From an uncultured Candidatus Saccharibacteria bacterium (GTDB lineage: Bacteria; Patescibacteriota; Minisyncoccia; Phycocordibacterales; Phycocordibacteraceae): a stretch of DNA of 24,000 nucleotides. The notes beneath the pieces were generated by a model that was not told where the DNA came from, made no database searches, and saw nothing but the letters and a program-made list of their open reading frames with translations. The position numbers and the translations under genes were made by a program. The stretch covers positions 1 through 24,000 of the forward strand of contig CAYQCB010000011.1 of assembly GCA_964415875.1 (NCBI GenBank), read 5' to 3'. Position 1 is the stretch's first letter, and every line of letters begins with the position of its first letter. Shown one piece after another: positions 1-10,032 of this stretch.

Positions 1-2
1 CA

Positions 3-461
3 GTGTTCGTGCTTGCAGCCATTCTTGTGGGTGTTTTCTCCGTCACGATGGTTCATAAAAGTGGTGCCAATCCGCTTGGCGTAAGTAGCGCAAGCGCAAC
101 TGTGCACGGAGTGTCCTTGACGCTCGAACTCGCCACAACCTCCCAGAAGCGTGCTCAAGGACTTTCGGGTCGTACCAGTGTGCCCGAAAAGTACGGTATG
201 CTCTTCGTCTTTCCTAATCCTGGTATATACGGCTTCTGGATGAAGGATATGTTGGTGCCGCTTGACCTCTTCTGGTTGAACGATAAAGGACAAGTTGTTT
301 CTTTTCAGAACAGTGTTGCCACCGACACCTATCCGAATGTCTTTGAACCAACTGAGCCCGCTCTCTATGTCCTAGAGACTCGTGCGGGGTTTGCAAAGGA
401 GTACCGCGTGGCCACCGGCACAACGGTTGATTTGAAAAATATACCGAATGTTTCCGAGTAA
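3..461 (+). CDS. DUF192-family protein with an N-terminal hydrophobic anchor; the start lies at the window edge and may be truncated
   Basis: The track ORF contains GMLFVFPNPGIYGFWMKDMLVPLDLFWLNDKGQVV and YVLETRAGF, the pattern I associate with DUF192. The N-terminus is hydrophobic (FVLAAILVGVFSV). Confidence 0.7.
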   Translation: MFVLAAILVGVFSVTMVHKSGANPLGVSSASATVHGVSLTLELATTSQKRAQGLSGRTSVPEKYGMLFVFPNPGIYGFWMKDMLVPLDLFWLNDKGQVVSFQNSVATDTYPNVFEPTEPALYVLETRAGFAKEYRVATGTTVDLKNIPNVSE

Positions 462-578
462 GTTATTCACAGTGTCTTTCGGTACGGCGGGAGTAGAATG
501 ACTCTACGATGCGCGACGAGTCAAAAGTGTGACGAAGTGATTCGAGTGCTCGCTATTATCCCTGCTAACTGCAACCCC

Positions 579-2975
579 ATGAGTAAACCAGCAAAAGTCT
601 CCGCTCGCGCAAAGGCGCACCGAATGCAAAGTGTCACAATGGCCTTGCCGCGTGCGCAGGTGAGCGAGACTCCAGTATCGAAAGATACGCTGCGTTACCG
701 AGAATCGATTGCGCAAATTGAGAAGCGCGATGGACGGTTGGTGGCTTTTGATTTTGATAAGATCGTTGGTGTTATTTGGAAAGCAATGGTTGCTTCAGGC
801 GAGGGAAGCCAAGCTGATGCCGTGCTTGTGGCCCACCAGGTGGCGGGCGAGCTTGCTCGGTTCGCAAAGAAGTACAAGAATTTCCTTCCCACAGTGGAAG
901 GTATCCAAGATTCTGTTGAGAAATACCTGATTCTCAATGACTACGTGAAGACGGCCAAGTCGTACATTTTGTACCGCGACAAGCGTTCGCAAATGCGCTC
1001 TGGTCACGTGGAGATTCCGGCACACGTGCAAAAACTCGTTGATGAGAGCAAGAAATACTTTGCGGGGAACGCGTTAGGAGAGTTTGTGTATCTTCGTTCC
1101 TATGCAAAGTGGATACCCGCTGAGGGACGCCGCGAGACGTGGATTGAGACCGTAGAGCGTTACATGGCCTTTATGCATGAAAACCTAGGAGAAAAACTTA
1201 CCGAGAAAGAGTACGCAGAGGTGAAAGAAGCGATTCTCACACAGCAAGTTATGCCGAGCATGCGTCTCATGCAGTTTTCTGGAGACGCAGCGCGGAGGAC
1301 CAATGTCTGTGCCTACAACTGCGCCTATATTGCACCCACAAAGCTGCAAGACTTTGCTGAAATCATGTACGTCTCCATGTGTGGCACGGGCATGGGCTTC
1401 TCAGTAGAGAGTCAAAACATTCAGGCGCTTCCGCAGATTAAGTCGCAAACAGGAGAGAAGCTCCCTACGCACGTCATTGACGACTCGAAAGAGGGTTGGT
1501 GCGACGCGCTGACACTTGGGCTAAAAACCTGGTACGACGGCAAAGACGTTTCGTTTGATTACTCGCAGATTCGACCAGCTGGTGCCCGCCTAAAGACGAT
1601 GGGCGGCAAGGCTTCGGGACCAGCGCCACTGCGCGCGCTACTCGACTCGGCGCGCGAGAAGATTTTCACTCGCCAAGGACGTCGTCTGCGCAACATAGAT
1701 GCGCACGACATTATCTGTAAAATAGGAGACTGTGTGGTGGCTGGCGGTGTGCGCCGCAGCGCCATGATCTCGCTCTCAGACCTTGATGACGAGCAAATGC
1801 GCGACGCAAAGAAGGGGCAGTTCTTCATGAGCGATCCGCACCGCTCCATTGCAAACAACTCGGCGGTTTACAATGAAAAGCCGACGAACGAGGAATTTAT
1901 GGACGAATGGATTGCTCTTATGAAAAGTCGTTCTGGCGAGCGCGGCATCTTTAACCGCAGTGGTCTCATGAAGCAATTGCCCGCGAGGCGCATTAAAGAG
2001 TGGGAGAGTACGGGGTACATAAGCAATGGTCGCGTGACGGGTCCTGCCGGCACGAACCCTTGCGGGGAAATCATCTTGAAAAGCAAGCAGTTTTGCAATT
2101 TGACCGAAGTGATTGCACGAGCCGACGACACGAAAGAGTCGCTGTTGAAGAAGGCGCGCGTCGCAACCATCCTCGGCACGTATCAGTCAACGCTCACCCA
2201 CTTCCCCTACCTCTCAAAGGACTGGACGACAAACTGTGAGAGCGAGCGACTGCTTGGCGTTTCAGTTACCGGACAGTGGGACTCTAAAGCGTCGCGCAAT
2301 CCGGAGATATTGAATGCGATGCGTGAAGAAACACAAAAAGTGAACCAAAAATACGCAAAACGCTTTGGTGTGAATGCGTCAACGGCGATCACTACCGTAA
2401 AGCCTTCAGGAACAGTCTCGCAAACGCTTGATGTGGCAAGCGGTATGCATGCGCGACATGCGCCTTACTACATCCGCCGCGTGCGCATCAGCGCTACCGA
2501 TTCGCTCTACAAGCTCATGCGCGATCAAGGTGTGACGTGCTTCCCTGAAGTGGGACAGACGGAAGACGAAGCTAATACTTTCGTGCTTGAGTTCCCGGTG
2601 AAGGCGCCGGAGGGTGCCGTCTGCAAGGACGATCTCTCCGCAATAGATCAGCTTGAGCACTGGAAGCTGGTGAAGCTCAATTATACGGAACACAATCCGT
2701 CGGTCACTATTTCAGTGGGAGACGACGAGTGGGTCGCCGTGGCAAGTTGGGTGTATGAAAATTGGGAAATCGTGGGAGGCTTGTCGTTTTTGCCCCGCAG
2801 TAACCACGTGTACCGACTTGCTCCGTACGAAGCTATCACCAAAGAGCGTTACGAAGAGCTTAAGGCCGCGTTTCCGCAGGTTGACTATGGCCGACTGCTT
2901 CAGTACGAGCGTACTGACGAAACTGAGCAGAAGCGCGAGCTTGCGTGCGCTGGAGGCACGTGTGAGATCGTATAA
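579..2975 (+). CDS. nrdJ: Adenosylcobalamin-dependent (class II) ribonucleotide reductase with an N-terminal ATP-cone
   Basis: An ATP-cone-like segment (IEKRDGRLVAFDFDKIVGVIWKAM) is followed by class II RNR-like blocks (NCAYIAP, TNPCGEI, C-terminal CAGGTCEI). The start is ambiguous: ATG 579 (MSKPAK) is chosen, and ATG 498 is the longest alternative. No SD precedes either. Confidence 0.85.
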   Translation: MSKPAKVSARAKAHRMQSVTMALPRAQVSETPVSKDTLRYRESIAQIEKRDGRLVAFDFDKIVGVIWKAMVASGEGSQADAVLVAHQVAGELARFAKKYKNFLPTVEGIQDSVEKYLILNDYVKTAKSYILYRDKRSQMRSGHVEIPAHVQKLVDESKKYFAGNALGEFVYLRSYAKWIPAEGRRETWIETVERYMAFMHENLGEKLTEKEYAEVKEAILTQQVMPSMRLMQFSGDAARRTNVCAYNCAYIAPTKLQDFAEIMYVSMCGTGMGFSVESQNIQALPQIKSQTGEKLPTHVIDDSKEGWCDALTLGLKTWYDGKDVSFDYSQIRPAGARLKTMGGKASGPAPLRALLDSAREKIFTRQGRRLRNIDAHDIICKIGDCVVAGGVRRSAMISLSDLDDEQMRDAKKGQFFMSDPHRSIANNSAVYNEKPTNEEFMDEWIALMKSRSGERGIFNRSGLMKQLPARRIKEWESTGYISNGRVTGPAGTNPCGEIILKSKQFCNLTEVIARADDTKESLLKKARVATILGTYQSTLTHFPYLSKDWTTNCESERLLGVSVTGQWDSKASRNPEILNAMREETQKVNQKYAKRFGVNASTAITTVKPSGTVSQTLDVASGMHARHAPYYIRRVRISATDSLYKLMRDQGVTCFPEVGQTEDEANTFVLEFPVKAPEGAVCKDDLSAIDQLEHWKLVKLNYTEHNPSVTISVGDDEWVAVASWVYENWEIVGGLSFLPRSNHVYRLAPYEAITKERYEELKAAFPQVDYGRLLQYERTDETEQKRELACAGGTCEIV

Positions 2976-2991
2976 CACTAAAGACGCTTCG

Positions 2992-3039
2992 CCATAAAAA
3001 TGAAAAACCGCGCTTTCGCGCGGTTTTTCATTTTTATGG
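2992..3039. terminator. Bidirectional intrinsic terminator shared by convergent nrdJ and rnpB
   Basis: A perfect 22-bp inverted repeat, ccataaaaatgaaaaaccgcgc / gcgcggtttttcatttttatgg, surrounds a tttc loop. The GC core is flanked by an A-run and a T-run, so a U-tract is available on both strands. Confidence 0.8.
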
Positions 3040-3399
3040 ACTTGGCCGATAAGCCGAATTCTGTCTGCCGAGCCGAAGCTCGGGAGGCGATCATTTATCT
3101 GGGACAGTAATTGCTTGCTGCCTCGAGCGGCACCTCAGTCACACGTCTTACGAAGCGTACTGATACGACCTTGCACGGGGGTAAGGATTTAGCCGTTTCA
3201 CCTCCCCGATTGCTCGGGGAACTCATCCGCATCTTTCGAAGCGGATGCTGGCGCGCTTTCGCACGCACAGCGTCTCTGCTCGCACCTCGCGCCTCACGGC
3301 GTGTGGGAATTGCCCACTACCTGACTGCCCACATGAGGCCCGTGTTCGGACTTTCCTCTCTCTTCACAAAGTGTCGAGAGTAATCGCCTGGCCAAGTCC
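3038..3399 (-). ncRNA. rnpB: RNase P RNA, bacterial type A
   Basis: The minus strand reads GGACUUGGCC...GAGAGGAAAGUCCGAACAC...ACAGAAUUCGGCUUAUCGGCCAAGUCC. Both universally conserved blocks are present (GAGGAAAGUCCG and ACAGAAnnCGGCUUA). The 5' GGACUUGGCC and 3' GGCCAAGUCC ends pair as P1. Confidence 0.9.
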
Positions 3400-3405
3400 A
3401 TGTGT

Positions 3406-3414
3406 ATTATAACA
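3406..3414 (-). promoter_or_regulatory. Extended -10 promoter (TGtTATAAT) for rnpB
   Basis: The minus strand reads tgTGtTATAATacacat followed by GGACUUGG. The -10 ends 6 nt before the predicted mature 5' end at 3399. Confidence 0.55.
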
Positions 3415-3504
3415 CAAAAACGAACTGTGGATGACGTGCCTTTTCATGGCGCGTGAGTTGTATACTGAACACCATTATACGTAGTAGTTTATTCCGCAGA
3501 AACC

Positions 3505-5874
3505 ATGCCCCCACAGAATTCAGCCGTTAAAAATCACTCGCTCGAATCAGCAAGTCTTTGGTCACTCATAATTACGGTCGGCGTTGCGGTGTACGCTTTT
3601 CTTCCTTTCGCGGCAACACCTTCCAGCTTAGTTAAGATTGTGGTGCTTGCAGCAGGTGCTTTGATTACACTTGCGCTCTACATACTTGCGCGGCTCTCGC
3701 GCGGTAACATTATTTTTCCGCCGGCGCTTTTGCTCGCTGCTCTATGGTTGCCTGCGATTGCCTACCTGCTCTCCTCGGCGTTTTCTGGGGTGGGCTTTAC
3801 CAGAGCACTGTGGGGTACGGCACTTGAGAGTGATACGCTCGGCTTCGTACTGGTTGCCACGGTGCTGGGGGTGCTCTCAGCGCTCATCGTGCGCAGGGCG
3901 GAGCATTTCCGAACCTTTCTCATTGCTGCAGGGTACGGTATCGCTGCATTGGTAGGCATCGAAGTACTCGTGCTTATAGTCGGGCAGTTTGCACCAAGCG
4001 TAGTGTCGCCAGCGTTCTCTCTAGTCGGGTCAATGGAGGGCCTTTCCTTTGTTGTGGGTCTCGGCATTATTGCCGCACTGCTTGCACTTCGGTTCCTTGA
4101 CTTGCCGGGGCGGGTACAAAAAATAGGCATGGGCTTCGGCGTGCTCGCACTGCTCTTGCTTGCCGTGGCCAATTCCTCAGTGGTCTGGACACTGCTCTCT
4201 CTAGTTTCGCTAGGATTGTTTGTTGAGGCTGTCATGCGTCGTCGCGCGGGTTCGATGGATCTCGACATTGAAGACTTGACGGTTGTGGGCGAGTCAGCAC
4301 CTCAAGCCGAGGGCGGATCGCACTCGCTTGTGTTGCCGCTCGTCGTGCTTGCAGTCTCGCTCTTCTTCCTTGTGGGAGGCTCTTTAAGCAGCGCGCTCGC
4401 AAACTCGCTTCACGTCGGTGTACTCAATGTCCGTCCCTCTTGGCAGTCCACGCTCGCAACGGGCCACGCAGTTTACACGTCTTCTCCGGTGTTTGGCTCT
4501 GGGCCGGGCACCTTCGGTTCGCAGTGGTTGGTGAATCGTGACAAAGGCCTCAACAGCACCATCTTCTGGGGCGTTGACTTCACCAGTGGCGTTGGCTACA
4601 TTCCGACGTCGTTCGTTACTACGGGCTTGCTGGGAGCTCTAGCGTGGTTGGTTCTCATGGGCCTCTTCCTGGTCTACGGATTCCGCACGATCATCATGCG
4701 TTCTCCGCAAGATCCGTTCATGCGCTACATGAGCATCGTGACGTTCGTGGGAACGCTCTATCTGTTTACCGTTGCCATCTTTGCGCTTCCGAGTACGGTG
4801 ATTCTCGCACTGCTCTTTGTGATGGCTGGTCTCTTTGTCTCTAGCACTCGTTACGCGCAACGAGCGGGGCAGTGGGGTGTGGTCTTCGGCCGTTCTCCAC
4901 GGCTTGGTTTCGTGATTGTGTTCGGTCTCACGTTGCTTCTCTTGGGTTCTGTCGTTGCCGCCTACGGCGTTGCTGAGCGCGCGCTCGCACTCTCAAATCT
5001 TGCCAGTGCAAACGCGGCACTAGCGGCAGGCAATCTTGACTTGGCAAACAGCAGCGCGGAGAAGGCGATCTCCTTTGCTCCTACGGCCGCTGCCTACGAA
5101 CTGCAGGCCGCAATTGCGAACGCTCACCTGAACAGTATTGTGGCCTCGACAACGCTCTCAGCAGCGGAGGCGCAGCAGGCGTTCCAGAGCGAACTTTCGA
5201 CTGGTATTAATGCAGCTCTTACCGCAACGCGGCTCGCCCCGAGAGACTATCAGGCATGGGTGGCGCTCGGAAACCTTTATGCGCAGGCGGTGCCACTGAA
5301 GGTGACCGGAGCATATGACAGCGCAAAATCAGCGTACGACACGGCTGCAAAGCTCTCGCCGACTAATCCGCAGATTCCCTACATCGTTGCGCAACTCGCC
5401 ATTGCAAACAAAGACACAGCTCTCGCGCAGCAAGAATTGAAGAATGCTATTGCGCTCAAGCAGGATTACACAGCAGCGATTTTCCTACTCTCGCAGCTTG
5501 AGGTGCAGGCCGGCAACTTGAAAGACGCGCTCTCAGCAGCTGAGGCAGCAGCGTACTTCACGCCGAACGATCCAAATATTCTCTTCCAGGTTGGGCTCTT
5601 GCGCGCTGCTTCGAACGACTTGCCGGGCGCTGTGCAAGCACTCTCTGCGGCTATTGCGGCAAACTCACAGTTCGCAAATGCGCGCTACTTCCTCTCCGCA
5701 GTGTACGCAAAGCAGGGTGACATGAGTGACGCTGAAGCGCAGTTGCAGGCTATTGCAGCTTTTTCGACAGAAAACAGCACGGCCGTTGCGCCATTGATTG
5801 CAAACTTGCAAGCAGGAAAGGACCCATTCCCAGCAAACATCCTCTCAGCTTCTTCAACGCCTGTTCAACAGTAA
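3505..5874 (+). CDS. Polytopic membrane protein, O-antigen ligase/polymerase-like, with a C-terminal TPR-like Ala-rich repeat domain
   Basis: About 12 hydrophobic segments precede a SGPGTFGSQW loop resembling the GxGxGxF loop of Wzy_C/O-antigen ligase proteins. The C-terminal 300 aa is made of TPR-like repeats (AWVALGNLYAQ, ARYFLSAVYAKQGD). Confidence 0.6.
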   Translation: MPPQNSAVKNHSLESASLWSLIITVGVAVYAFLPFAATPSSLVKIVVLAAGALITLALYILARLSRGNIIFPPALLLAALWLPAIAYLLSSAFSGVGFTRALWGTALESDTLGFVLVATVLGVLSALIVRRAEHFRTFLIAAGYGIAALVGIEVLVLIVGQFAPSVVSPAFSLVGSMEGLSFVVGLGIIAALLALRFLDLPGRVQKIGMGFGVLALLLLAVANSSVVWTLLSLVSLGLFVEAVMRRRAGSMDLDIEDLTVVGESAPQAEGGSHSLVLPLVVLAVSLFFLVGGSLSSALANSLHVGVLNVRPSWQSTLATGHAVYTSSPVFGSGPGTFGSQWLVNRDKGLNSTIFWGVDFTSGVGYIPTSFVTTGLLGALAWLVLMGLFLVYGFRTIIMRSPQDPFMRYMSIVTFVGTLYLFTVAIFALPSTVILALLFVMAGLFVSSTRYAQRAGQWGVVFGRSPRLGFVIVFGLTLLLLGSVVAAYGVAERALALSNLASANAALAAGNLDLANSSAEKAISFAPTAAAYELQAAIANAHLNSIVASTTLSAAEAQQAFQSELSTGINAALTATRLAPRDYQAWVALGNLYAQAVPLKVTGAYDSAKSAYDTAAKLSPTNPQIPYIVAQLAIANKDTALAQQELKNAIALKQDYTAAIFLLSQLEVQAGNLKDALSAAEAAAYFTPNDPNILFQVGLLRAASNDLPGAVQALSAAIAANSQFANARYFLSAVYAKQGDMSDAEAQLQAIAAFSTENSTAVAPLIANLQAGKDPFPANILSASSTPVQQ

Positions 5875-5893
5875 AACGCGTTAAGATAGGAGC

Positions 5894-7570
5894 ATGGTTC
5901 GCGGTCTCCTAGAACGCCTTGTCTCGCCAGTACGCGGCCTACACCAGGCCGCGTACTTGCTGGCAGCGCTCACGCTCGCTTCACAGACGATTGCGCTTTT
6001 GCGCGACCGTCTGTTTGCGCACACTTTTGGTGCGGGACCGACGCTCGACCTCTACTACGCGGCATTTCGTGTCCCCGACCTTGTCTTCGCTGTCGTTACG
6101 TCGCTCGTGAGTGCCTACGTGCTCATTCCGCGCATTACCGGCGCTGACTCTAAGACGGTCCGACGACTCCTTTCAGAATCGGCCACGTTTCTCGTGGTGG
6201 TGGGCGGCCTGTTTTGTGTCGGCATTGCGCTCTACATGCCGAACTTCTTGGGGGCGCTGTATCCAGACTTGCTTGCGTCACCGGACCACCAAGCCTTTGT
6301 CGACCTTGCACGCCTCCTGCTCCTACAGCCGATCCTGCTTGGCTTTACCGGAGTTATCGCTAGTGTTACGCAAGTGCACCGACGGTTTGTGTTGTTTGCA
6401 ATTTCACCTGTGCTCTACAACTTGGGTATCATTGCGGGTACCGTGCTTCTGTACCCGCGCTACGGTCTTATGGGTATTGGCTGGGGCGTCATAGTGGGAG
6501 CCGTGCTCTACCTGGCAGTTCAGGCACCTCTGGTGGTGCGTGCGGGCGTTTTCCCGCGCTTTGCGCTGCCAACGCGCGAGACGCTTTCAGTTATGAAAGA
6601 CTCGGTGCCGCGTTCGTTGGCGCTTGGCATGGGATCTCTCACGCTTCTCGCCCTCACCGCGCTCGCCTCGCGTATTGGTACTGGGGCCGTCTCTGTGTTT
6701 ACACTTGCAGGCAATCTGGAAGCCGTGCCGCTTGCGCTCATTGGCTCTTCGTACGCTGTGGCAGCATTTCCGGCACTTTCTGAAAATGCGCAGAAAAACC
6801 CGGAAGCGTTTCGTCGTATTCTCTCGGCGAGTGCTCGGCATATTGTGGTGTGGTCTATTGTGTTTCTGGGGATTATCGTGACGCTGCGCGCGCACTTGGT
6901 GCGCGTGATTCTGGGCTCGGGCGCGTTTGGTTGGGGTCCGACGCGCCTCACAGCTGCAATCCTTGCTGTGCTCGCTGTAGCGCTCGTCGCGCAGGGCCTG
7001 GTGCTGCTCTTCTCTCGAGCGCTCTATGCGGCTCGTCAGTCGTGGCGGCCGCTTGCGTATCAAGTGGCAGGCGGCGCCGTTACAGTAGGTCTTTCGGTTT
7101 GGTGGCTGCGCTCGCCAGACGGAGCTTTCGCGCACGCTCTTTCAGCACTGTTGCGCGTGTCCGATGTGAGCGGGTCGAGCGTGCTCCTGCTAGCGCTTGC
7201 CACAGCAGTGGGGCAAATCTTCCTCGCACTCCTTTCCGTGCTTGCCCTGCACTCAATTGCTCCCAACCTTGCTCGCGCGCTGGTGCGTCCGGTGCGCGAC
7301 GGGCTCTTTGCGGCAGTGCTTGGCGGCGGTGCTGCGTACTGCATGCTCCTCTTACTCGGGGGGATAGCACCGCTTACGTCGGTTGCCTCAGTCTTCACGC
7401 AGGGGTTGATTGCTGGTATCGTGGGTCTTACCGTCTCTGCTTTTGCGCTCTGGGTCACCCATAACCCCGAGTTCAGGGATGTTCTTAGCGCTATTACACG
7501 CCTTGCCTCTTCTCATAAGGGCGCAAAAGAAATCCTCTCGCCTTCGGCAGAAGAGCCGGCTCAGCTGTGA
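5894..7570 (+). CDS. murJ: Lipid II flippase MurJ/MviN family
   Basis: The N-terminal RDRLFAHTFGAGPTLDLYYAAFRVPDLVF matches the MurJ signature region. The protein has about 14 TM segments. An AGGAG lies 7 nt upstream of the ATG. Confidence 0.8.
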   Translation: MVRGLLERLVSPVRGLHQAAYLLAALTLASQTIALLRDRLFAHTFGAGPTLDLYYAAFRVPDLVFAVVTSLVSAYVLIPRITGADSKTVRRLLSESATFLVVVGGLFCVGIALYMPNFLGALYPDLLASPDHQAFVDLARLLLLQPILLGFTGVIASVTQVHRRFVLFAISPVLYNLGIIAGTVLLYPRYGLMGIGWGVIVGAVLYLAVQAPLVVRAGVFPRFALPTRETLSVMKDSVPRSLALGMGSLTLLALTALASRIGTGAVSVFTLAGNLEAVPLALIGSSYAVAAFPALSENAQKNPEAFRRILSASARHIVVWSIVFLGIIVTLRAHLVRVILGSGAFGWGPTRLTAAILAVLAVALVAQGLVLLFSRALYAARQSWRPLAYQVAGGAVTVGLSVWWLRSPDGAFAHALSALLRVSDVSGSSVLLLALATAVGQIFLALLSVLALHSIAPNLARALVRPVRDGLFAAVLGGGAAYCMLLLLGGIAPLTSVASVFTQGLIAGIVGLTVSAFALWVTHNPEFRDVLSAITRLASSHKGAKEILSPSAEEPAQL

Positions 7571-9375
7571 ATCAAGACTACCTACGCAATTTTTCCATAA
7601 TCGCCCATATCGATCACGGCAAGTCGACTCTTGCTGATCGTCTGCTTGAGAGCACGGGCACCATACCCGAGCGTCTTATGCGCGATCAGGTACTCGACAG
7701 CATGGATCTCGAGCGAGAGCGTGGTATCACCATTAAGATGCAGCCAGTGCGCATGCGCTACAGTGCGCACGACGGCACGCCGTATGTCTTGAATCTCATC
7801 GACACGCCAGGCCACATCGATTTTTCATACGAAGTCTCGCGCGCGCTCACTGCTGTGGAAGGCGTGCTGCTCTTGGTGGACTCGGCACAGGGCGTACAAG
7901 CACAGACACTCACCACCCTTGCTGCCGCTCGCTCCCAGGGCTGCGTGATTATTCCTGTTGTCTCCAAAATCGATGCTCCTTCTGCACGTCCCGACGAGGT
8001 TGCTGCAGAACTGGCGGCGCTTCTCGAAGTGGACCCTTCAACAGTGTTGCGCGTATCTGGGAAAACAGGGGCGGGAGTTGATGCGCTGCTTGAGGCTATT
8101 GTGGAGCGCGTACCGCCGCCAAACAAACTGCACAAGGATGCTCAGGAAGCGCGCGGGCTTATTTTTGACTTTTCGTACTCAACGCATCGCGGCATCACCG
8201 TGTACCTGCGAGTTTTTGACGGCACCTTCCAAAAAGGGCAGTCGCTTCGCTTTGCAGGAGCTAAGCGTGACTTTGTGGTGCTCGAAGCGGGGATTTTCGC
8301 CCCGAACGACACCCCAGTGGAGAAGCTTTCAGCTGGAGAAATTGGTTACCTTGTGACCGGCGTGAAAGAGGCTGGCGTGGTGGCAGTGGGCGACACGATA
8401 GGGGTCGGTAAAGGGGCCACTCTTCCCGCACTTCCGGGCTTCGAGCGGCCGCGCCCGGTGGTGTGGGCATCAGTGTATCCTGAAAGTCAAGACGATTTAC
8501 CTGACTTGCGCCAGGCGCTGGAGCGCCTGCGACTTTCGGATTCCTCGCTCTCTTTTGAGGAAGAATCTTCGGGTGTGTTGGGGCGCGGGTTTCGCTGCGG
8601 CTTCCTAGGATTGCTTCATCTGGAAATAGTCACGGAACGACTCAAACGTGAGTTTTCTCTGGCGCTTGTGGTCACTATTCCTACGATTTCTTACGTGGTG
8701 ACAACCACAAAGGGAGTGCGCGAGACGATTTACACGCCGGCAAAATTCCCTAGCCACGGCGATATTGCGCAAGTTGAGGAACCCTGGGCGCAAGTGACGG
8801 TAATAACGCCACCAGACTCGCTCAGCGCACTCATCCAGCTCATGTATGAGCATGAGGCCGACATGGGCGCTACCGAGACGTATCCTGACGGCCGTATAGA
8901 GCTTTCCGCGCAAATGCCGCTGCGTGAGCTTATGCGAGGTTTTTTTGACCGGCTAAAAAATATCTCTTCGGGTTATGCGAGCCTTTCCTACGAGTTGCTT
9001 CCCGAGCGCCTTGCTGACGTGGTGCGTCTCGACGTGTTGGTCGCCGACGAACTGGTGCCTGCATTTGCGCGCATTGTGGCTCGGCGGCGCGTGGAGGTGG
9101 AGGCTGAGAAAATGGTTGAACGCTTGCACACGCTTTTGCCGAAACAGCTCTTTGTAACAAAGATTCAGGCACAGGCATTGGGTCGTATTATTTCCTCTCG
9201 CACGCTCTCTGCTATGCGTAAAGATGTGACCGGGTACCTTTACGGCGGTGACATTACGCGCAAAATGAAATTGCTTGAGAAGCAAAAGCGCGGAAAGAAG
9301 AAAATGCTTTCTCGTGCGAAGGTGCATATACCTGAGGATGTGTTTATGAAAATGGTGCAGGAAAGCAACGCGTAG
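7567..9375 (+). CDS. lepA: Translation elongation factor 4 (LepA)
   Basis: The sequence contains NFSIIAHIDHGKSTLADRLLE, DTPGHIDFSYEVSR and SKID, and the LepA-specific C-terminal domain ends YGGDITRKMKLLEKQKRGKKKM. The GTG start overlaps the murJ stop (GTGA). Confidence 0.95.
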   Translation: MNQDYLRNFSIIAHIDHGKSTLADRLLESTGTIPERLMRDQVLDSMDLERERGITIKMQPVRMRYSAHDGTPYVLNLIDTPGHIDFSYEVSRALTAVEGVLLLVDSAQGVQAQTLTTLAAARSQGCVIIPVVSKIDAPSARPDEVAAELAALLEVDPSTVLRVSGKTGAGVDALLEAIVERVPPPNKLHKDAQEARGLIFDFSYSTHRGITVYLRVFDGTFQKGQSLRFAGAKRDFVVLEAGIFAPNDTPVEKLSAGEIGYLVTGVKEAGVVAVGDTIGVGKGATLPALPGFERPRPVVWASVYPESQDDLPDLRQALERLRLSDSSLSFEEESSGVLGRGFRCGFLGLLHLEIVTERLKREFSLALVVTIPTISYVVTTTKGVRETIYTPAKFPSHGDIAQVEEPWAQVTVITPPDSLSALIQLMYEHEADMGATETYPDGRIELSAQMPLRELMRGFFDRLKNISSGYASLSYELLPERLADVVRLDVLVADELVPAFARIVARRRVEVEAEKMVERLHTLLPKQLFVTKIQAQALGRIISSRTLSAMRKDVTGYLYGGDITRKMKLLEKQKRGKKKMLSRAKVHIPEDVFMKMVQESNA

Positions 9376-9407
9376 CGAGTCCTCGCTCCCGCGGTATACT
9401 GGTACGT

Positions 9408-9746
9408 ATGCGCGGGAAACAGCTTCAGCACGGGATTATCATTGGTGTAGAGGTTCTTGCGTCGGTGTGGCTTCTCTCGCTGATCTGGGGTTTGGTAGGG
9501 AAGGCGCATGTGGCAGTTACGCAAGCAGCAGACGCGCAGAGAGAGTACGCGGCGCTTGAAACTCGCAAGGTGGCTCTGACGGCTAGCATAGAGAGCTATC
9601 AAACGCCTGAGGGGCAGGATGCGGCCATACGCACTGCGTTTGGAGTTGCGCGTCCGGGCGAAGAGGTTATTGTGGTGGTGCCACCCACAACGACGGTTGC
9701 CACAGCAACTCCCTCTTTTTGGGAAAAACTGTGGAGTTGGTTCTAG
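9408..9746 (+). CDS. Small bitopic protein, septum-formation-initiator (FtsB/DivIC)-like
   Basis: One N-terminal TM segment is followed by a short coiled-coil-like segment (AQREYAALETRKVALTASIES) and then AIRTAFGVARPGEEVIVV. The assignment rests on architecture only. Confidence 0.45.
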   Translation: MRGKQLQHGIIIGVEVLASVWLLSLIWGLVGKAHVAVTQAADAQREYAALETRKVALTASIESYQTPEGQDAAIRTAFGVARPGEEVIVVVPPTTTVATATPSFWEKLWSWF

Positions 9747-9773
9747 TGCAAGATTTGGGCGCAGTGGCGTTCT

Positions 9774-9799
9774 GCGAGTATGGTTTAGTGGTAGAACAC
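9774..9799 (+). pseudogene. Orphan tRNA 5' fragment (acceptor 5' strand plus D-arm), near-copy of the 5' part of tRNA-Gly(CCC)
   Basis: gcgagtatggtttagtggtagaaca compares with gcggatatggtttagtggtagaaca of the intact tRNA 77 nt downstream. No matching anticodon arm, T-arm or 3' acceptor strand follows. Confidence 0.5.
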
Positions 9800-9850
9800 G
9801 GTGGCAGGCTGGATGCGGAATTGGCGTATCCAGCATTGCAGTGACGTTTT

Positions 9851-9924
9851 GCGGATATGGTTTAGTGGTAGAACAGTTGCTTCCCAAGCAACGGGCGGGA
9901 GTTCGATTCTCCCTATCCGCACCA
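9851..9924 (+). tRNA. tRNA-Gly, anticodon CCC, with encoded CCA
   Basis: Manual cloverleaf: GCGGATA TG GTTT AGTGGTA GAAC A GTTGC TTCCCAA GCAAC GGGC GGGAG TTCGATT CTCCC TATCCGC A CCA. Confidence 0.9.
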
Positions 9925-10032
9925 AGGGCAAATCCGGCACTACTCATTAGTGCTGGATTTGGTGGCAGGACCGGTTTTCGGTTCCGAAAACCGCTGAAAG
10001 TCGCTACGGGCTTTCAGTCCCTCGGTTGAGGC

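Noticed and set aside
462-578. Cobalamin riboswitch or NrdR boxes upstream of the class II RNR gene
   Set aside because: I see no B12-box-like core and no paired 16-bp NrdR palindromes. The region is also too short for a cobalamin riboswitch.
3111-3383. 90-aa plus-strand track ORF
   Set aside because: It lies entirely inside the RNase P RNA gene on the opposite strand. It is Arg/Ser-rich and has no RBS, so I treat it as an artefact.
9240-9947. 235-aa minus-strand track ORF
   Set aside because: It runs antisense through the lepA 3' end, the FtsB-like gene and tRNA-Gly, and its composition is implausible.
9930-9960. 12-bp hairpin with the loop ACUCAUU, as a Met-like anticodon arm of a hidden tRNA
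   Set aside because: Position 33 would be C, and there is no purine at position 37. No D-arm, T-arm or acceptor pairing can be built around it. More likely it is a processing or terminator hairpin after tRNA-Gly.
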